DNA from: Promethearchaeota archaeon
GTDB taxonomy: Archaea; Asgardarchaeota; Lokiarchaeia; Sigyniarchaeales; SOKP01
Direction of reading: 5' to 3'
NCBI GenBank assembly: GCA_048941015.1
Contig: JBHLNZ010000089.1
Location: 1-11,572 of the forward strand
DNA length: 11,572 nt
Of the stretch, positions 7,759 to 11,572 are shown in pieces; the first letter of the stretch is position 1; the number at the start of each line of letters is the position of its first letter. Below the pieces are notes generated by a model. That model saw nothing but the letters and a program-made list of their open reading frames with translations, ran no database searches and was not told the origin of the DNA. Both the position numbers and the translations under genes were made by a program.

Positions 7759-8535
7759 ATGAAAAAAATTATAGCTTTTGCCGGAAAAGGAGGAGTGGGT
7801 AAAACTACTAGTCTTGCGCTTCTTCTAAAATATATTATTGACAATAAAAAGGCTAAGGATATATTAGTAATTGATTCTGACCCTGATGCTAATGTAGCAG
7901 ATGTAATAGGAGAAGAAGTAAGTTTTTGCGATACGATTGGCGGAAAAATGAAAGTATTAAAAGATAAAATTCAGAGTTTGAAATTATCACCCAACACTCC
8001 CAAAAGTCAGTTGATTGAATCTGATGTATATAATTGTCTTATTGAAAAGGATGAATTTGACCTTTTGGAAATGGGTCGCCAAGAAGGTGAAGGTTGTTAT
8101 TGTTTTATAAATGATGTCCTTAAAAAAGTAATTGATACCTTATCGAAAAACTATGATATTACGTTATTAGATTCCCCGGCAGGATTAGAACATTTTTCTC
8201 GAAAAACAGGAAGAGACGTCACCGATCTGGTTATAGTTACGGATCCAAGTAAAATGGGCATCCATACCATGAAACGCATTTTAGAAATATCAAAAGAAGT
8301 AGAGTTAAAGTTTGAAAATATTTGGATACTTGGGAATCGATTTCCAGAAAATTTAAGATCCATTTTAGAAAATGAAGTTGCTAACCTACACGAAAACAAC
8401 GTAAAATTACTAGGTTTTATCTCCAACAATGATAAAATTAGTGAAATAAATTTATCGGGGGGAAATTTATTAAATTTAGCTGGAGATAACACGTCATATC
8501 AAGAAGCAAAACAATTATTTGCAAAAATTATTTAA
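7759..8535 (+). CDS. cooC: CooC/AcsF-type nickel-insertion ATPase (MinD/ParA family; CODH/ACS maturation factor)
   Basis: Deviant Walker A GKGGVGKT, IDSDPD.N, LLEMG, GEGCYC (Ni-binding CxC), D..AGLEH.SR, DP, GN motifs. Confidence 0.88.
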   Translation: MKKIIAFAGKGGVGKTTSLALLLKYIIDNKKAKDILVIDSDPDANVADVIGEEVSFCDTIGGKMKVLKDKIQSLKLSPNTPKSQLIESDVYNCLIEKDEFDLLEMGRQEGEGCYCFINDVLKKVIDTLSKNYDITLLDSPAGLEHFSRKTGRDVTDLVIVTDPSKMGIHTMKRILEISKEVELKFENIWILGNRFPENLRSILENEVANLHENNVKLLGFISNNDKISEINLSGGNLLNLAGDNTSYQEAKQLFAKII

Positions 8536-9193
8536 AAAATTCATTAACTTTTTTATTCCGAAAACGCTTTTCTACACCATTACGCATTCCGGGTAACTTA
8601 AAACAGCTTTCAGGAATCATTCTTTTAAAAAATGACTGATTTTCTCGTTCCAAAATAAATTGTGAATTATATAACGTCTCAAAGATTTCTTTACCAGAAA
8701 ATTGAATGTCTTCAAAGTATGGAATAATAGGACGATTTTTACTAATTTTTTCAACAACCTTCTTTAGGGGTGAATCAACCTCATAAATGTTCCCTTCTTC
8801 ATTAATTATCGCAGTTTTATGGACATATTCATTATATAAACATATAATACAACTAGGCCATCTTTCATGAAAGTATTTCAAAACAAGGTCCATAACTCGA
8901 TGCTTAAGTAATACTACTCCAAAAAGCACTCCACGATTATTTATTTCTGTTCGTGTAAATTGTTTTGCCCGATATGCTTCGGTAAATACCTCACGCATCA
9001 TCTTATTAAATTTCTTTGCTAAAGGTGATCCAGAATTACGCAGTACAACCTCTGGCAATTTATTAATTTGTTGAGAAAGAATTGGAGAAAAATTCACGTG
9101 GCGAGGTAAATTTGTTTTTAATTCTTTTCGTGAATACCCTTTTGCTCTTCCAATCACTTCTAATGGATCCTTTTCACATTTTTTTTTATTCAA
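8528..9193 (-). CDS. DUF4130 / TIGR03915-like putative DNA metabolism protein (partner of the radical SAM)
   Basis: V..EAYRAKQF.R, H.V......YF.ERW, LYNSQFI.ER.N......MIP.....LP match the DUF4130 pattern as recalled. The TTG start overlaps the radical SAM stop (TTGA), matching the usual gene order. Confidence 0.75.
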   Translation of the reverse strand: MNKKKCEKDPLEVIGRAKGYSRKELKTNLPRHVNFSPILSQQINKLPEVVLRNSGSPLAKKFNKMMREVFTEAYRAKQFTRTEINNRGVLFGVVLLKHRVMDLVLKYFHERWPSCIICLYNEYVHKTAIINEEGNIYEVDSPLKKVVEKISKNRPIIPYFEDIQFSGKEIFETLYNSQFILERENQSFFKRMIPESCFKLPGMRNGVEKRFRNKKVNEFFK

Positions 9194-10515
9194 GGGATTC
9201 CTCTTTGAGTTATTTTATTATTATATTTAAAAAAATCTTGAATAGTTTTCTGACTTTTTCCATTTATTATCAAGTAAGGATCTGCCCTTTTAAGTACAAC
9301 TCCAACAGATTTCAAATCTTTACGATTTTTAAATTTATATTTTTTACTTCGCAAATTTATAATTCGTTTAGCTGAAATAGGACCTATTCCTGGGACCCTT
9401 AATAACTCATGATAACTTGCTTCATTTATATCTAATGGTCCACGGTCTTTAAAGTAATTTCTAGCAAAATGGATTTTGGGGTCTCCTTCAGGTAAATTTC
9501 CCTTTTCATTTAAAACCTCTTTTAAATCTTCTAACTTATAATGATAAATTCTTAACAACCAATCACTTTGGTATAGACGATGCTCTCTTGCGAGAGATGT
9601 CGCTTTTTTACCTGCTAACGGAGTGCCTTCTATCGGGATAAATGAAGAAAAGTAGGCACGTCTCAAATCTATTTCTTTATAACCCCAATCTATTCTTTTT
9701 AATAAGTCAAAATCAGTTTCTTCATCTACAGCTCCTATAACAAATTGAGTTGTTTGTCCCCCATTAAGAATCGGTGCCCCATCCCATCTAAATTTTTTAT
9801 AACCATCTTCTCTTCGATCTTTGATCATTTTTTCTTGATAATTATATTTATAGTCTTGTTTTAAGTCTTTCATGAGTTTAAGAGTCTTTTCATTATGTTT
9901 TATACGAATTTCTTTTAACCAGCGCTGTCGTTTCACAATATCGTTATAAAAATCCTTTTGTTCAGCAATTTCGGCTAAAAATTCTTTAGTTGATGCTTCT
10001 GAATTTATCGAGATACGATCTGAGAGACCTATTGCTTCTTTTAAAAGATATTGACTTGTCCCTGGTAAACATTTAAAATGCACATAACCACGAAAATTAT
10101 ATTTAAACCTTAAAAGATGAATTGCTTCTAACATCTCCTCAGTTGTTTGATCAGCACTACCACAGACACCTGAAGAAATGAATACACCTTCCACAACATT
10201 CATAGAATACAGCTTCATAAACGTACGTGCATATTCTTCAGGTGTAAAGCTCATCTTATGTTTACAACTATGAGAAAAGCAATACTTACAATTATAAATA
10301 CATTTATTGGTGTATAGAGTTTTAAATAGGCTCATACATCGCCCATCAGGAGTATAACTGTGGCAAATTCCTGCATTAGCCGTTGCCCCGATCCATCTGT
10401 TTGAATCTCCAAAAAGTTTTGGGTACTTGTTAGTACGACTAGAAGCAGTACTAGCACAAATATCAAATTTAGAATTTTCTCCGAGAATCCGTATCTTTTC
10501 TAAGATTGATGGCAT
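9190..10515 (-). CDS. Putative DNA modification/repair radical SAM protein with C-terminal helix-hairpin-helix (TIGR03916-like)
   Basis: KFDICAS, GICHSYTPDGRC.SL.K.L.TN, CIYNCKYC (CxxxCxxC), EGVFISSG, GYVHFK..PG, DRISIN.E, GQTTQFVIGA, RRAYFSSF.P, REHRLYQSDWLLR.Y, DPK, DINEASYHELLRVPGIG..SAKRI (HhH). Confidence 0.92.
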   Translation of the reverse strand: MPSILEKIRILGENSKFDICASTASSRTNKYPKLFGDSNRWIGATANAGICHSYTPDGRCMSLFKTLYTNKCIYNCKYCFSHSCKHKMSFTPEEYARTFMKLYSMNVVEGVFISSGVCGSADQTTEEMLEAIHLLRFKYNFRGYVHFKCLPGTSQYLLKEAIGLSDRISINSEASTKEFLAEIAEQKDFYNDIVKRQRWLKEIRIKHNEKTLKLMKDLKQDYKYNYQEKMIKDRREDGYKKFRWDGAPILNGGQTTQFVIGAVDEETDFDLLKRIDWGYKEIDLRRAYFSSFIPIEGTPLAGKKATSLAREHRLYQSDWLLRIYHYKLEDLKEVLNEKGNLPEGDPKIHFARNYFKDRGPLDINEASYHELLRVPGIGPISAKRIINLRSKKYKFKNRKDLKSVGVVLKRADPYLIINGKSQKTIQDFFKYNNKITQRGIP

Positions 10516-10697
10516 AAGATCATTTATTTAAAAGAATACTAACTTTCAATAGAAGATATATTTCTTTATCTTGATAATTACCTTATAAATAAGAAGGGCA
10601 TAACGAATTTTCAAAGTAATTAATTTTTTTATATGAAATTTTTGAAGTTCATCTTATTATAATAAAAATTTAATTTCTAATGTTTATTCTCATAATT

Positions 10698-11572
10698 ATG
10701 CCAAAATATACTGGAGGAGAAATAATAACTAAATACCTTATTAAAGAAGGTGTAAAATATGTCATAGGCATACCTGGTCATGGAAATTTACCATTAGTGG
10801 ATGCATTTTTTAAAGATAAGGATAAAATTGAGTTGATCCAACCAAAGCAAGAGATGAGTGCTGTACACCTTGCAGTAGGTTATTACAGAGTCACACAAAA
10901 ACCTTTAGTTGTTTTTACTTCAATTGGTCCAGGTGCAATTAACACTGCTATTGGTGTTGCAGACGCTTATGTTGATTCAATGCCTGTATTAGTTATTACT
11001 GGAGATACACATGTACATATGAGAGGAAAGGGTGTTTTACAGGAAATAGAAAGAAGTAAAGACTCAGCTATGCCCAAAATTCTTGAGCCTATTGTAAAAC
11101 GCAGTTTCGAATTAGATACAATATCTCAAGTACCAACTGTTATTCAAAGAGCTTTTAATTTAATGGTAACTGGAAGAAGAGGTCCTGTACATATCGATCT
11201 CCCCATGGATGTGCAAGCAGAAGCGATTAACATAGAAATTCCTGAACCACTTGAAAGAAGAGCAATGGGGAGAATTATGGGAGATCCTGAGCAGATTAAA
11301 AAAGCGGTATCTTTTTTAAGAGATGCGAAGAGACCGGTTTTATTTTTAGGAGGTGGGGTTGTCACTGCTAGCGCTTTTGAGGAGGTTAAGATTTTGGCAG
11401 AAAAACTCGGAGCAGCGGTGGTAACTACAATGATGGCAAAAGATGCATTTCCAAATGATCATGAATTATTTTGTTGGGCAGCAGGGAGTAAAGGTACTAC
11501 AGTTGGTTTAAAAATGGCATCAGAAGCCGATGTTCTTCTCGCGGTTGGTTGTCGATTTGCTGATGAAACAGC
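10698..11572 (+). CDS. Thiamine-diphosphate-dependent enzyme, acetolactate synthase large-subunit superfamily, IolD-like (3'-partial)
   Basis: Not in the ORF track because it runs off the window. ATG 10698 gives MPKYTGGEIITKYLIKEGVKYVIGIPGHGNLPLVDAF...KQEMSAVHLAVGYYRVT...TSIGPGAIN...AYVDSMPVLVITGD...VLQEIE...GRRGPVHIDLPMDVQAE...AKRPVLFLGGG...ADVLLAVGCRFADET, open to the end of the window. Confidence 0.88.
   Translation, partial: MPKYTGGEIITKYLIKEGVKYVIGIPGHGNLPLVDAFFKDKDKIELIQPKQEMSAVHLAVGYYRVTQKPLVVFTSIGPGAINTAIGVADAYVDSMPVLVITGDTHVHMRGKGVLQEIERSKDSAMPKILEPIVKRSFELDTISQVPTVIQRAFNLMVTGRRGPVHIDLPMDVQAEAINIEIPEPLERRAMGRIMGDPEQIKKAVSFLRDAKRPVLFLGGGVVTASAFEEVKILAEKLGAAVVTTMMAKDAFPNDHELFCWAAGSKGTTVGLKMASEADVLLAVGCRFADET

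Noticed and set aside
8151-8492. 113-aa minus-strand ORF
   Set aside because: Antisense shadow inside cooC, with the S/F/I-rich composition typical of reverse-frame translation.
9082-9375. 97-aa plus-strand hydrophobic ORF
   Set aside because: Antisense to the DUF4130/radical SAM junction; its Phe/Ile richness mirrors Lys/Asn codons on the coding strand.
10605-10650. Imperfect inverted repeat (gaattttcaaa ... tttgaagttc) in the divergent region between the radical SAM and ThDP genes
   Set aside because: Mismatched, AT-only arms with a long spacer; not distinguishable from background. TATA-like boxes in this and other intergenic regions were likewise not called.
11144-11365. 73-aa minus-strand ORF
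   Set aside because: Antisense shadow of the ThDP enzyme gene.
1-11572. tRNA/rRNA, CRISPR array, IS/transposase or prophage genes
   Set aside because: No GC-rich structured segment, regularly spaced repeats, terminal inverted repeats or mobile-element ORFs were seen.

Overview
AT-rich archaeal chromosomal window (roughly 27-30% GC by eye). The archaeal-type uS2 and several TTG starts fit an archaeon. LITAF-like zinc-ribbon membrane proteins and the overall style suggest Asgard/Lokiarchaeia, but that assignment is inference. In order, the window holds: the 3' end of a prephenate dehydrogenase (tyrA); two paralogous LITAF-like/double-zinc-ribbon membrane proteins flanking an unannotated small ORF broken by one TAA; a tmk - membrane M28 peptidase - LeuC/HacA - LeuD/HacB cluster; an HDIG protein; a small membrane protein; uS2 with a long acidic N-terminal extension; a CooC/AcsF ATPase; a DUF4130 (TIGR03915-like) plus radical SAM-HhH (TIGR03916-like) pair; and the 5' part of an IolD/ALS-like ThDP enzyme. 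The most interesting signal is that both proteins of the uncharacterised radical SAM/DUF4130 pair end in PCNA-interacting (PIP-box) type motifs (QKTIQDFF and NKKVNEFF), suggesting a sliding-clamp-tethered DNA modification/repair module. No RNA genes, CRISPR arrays or mobile elements were seen.
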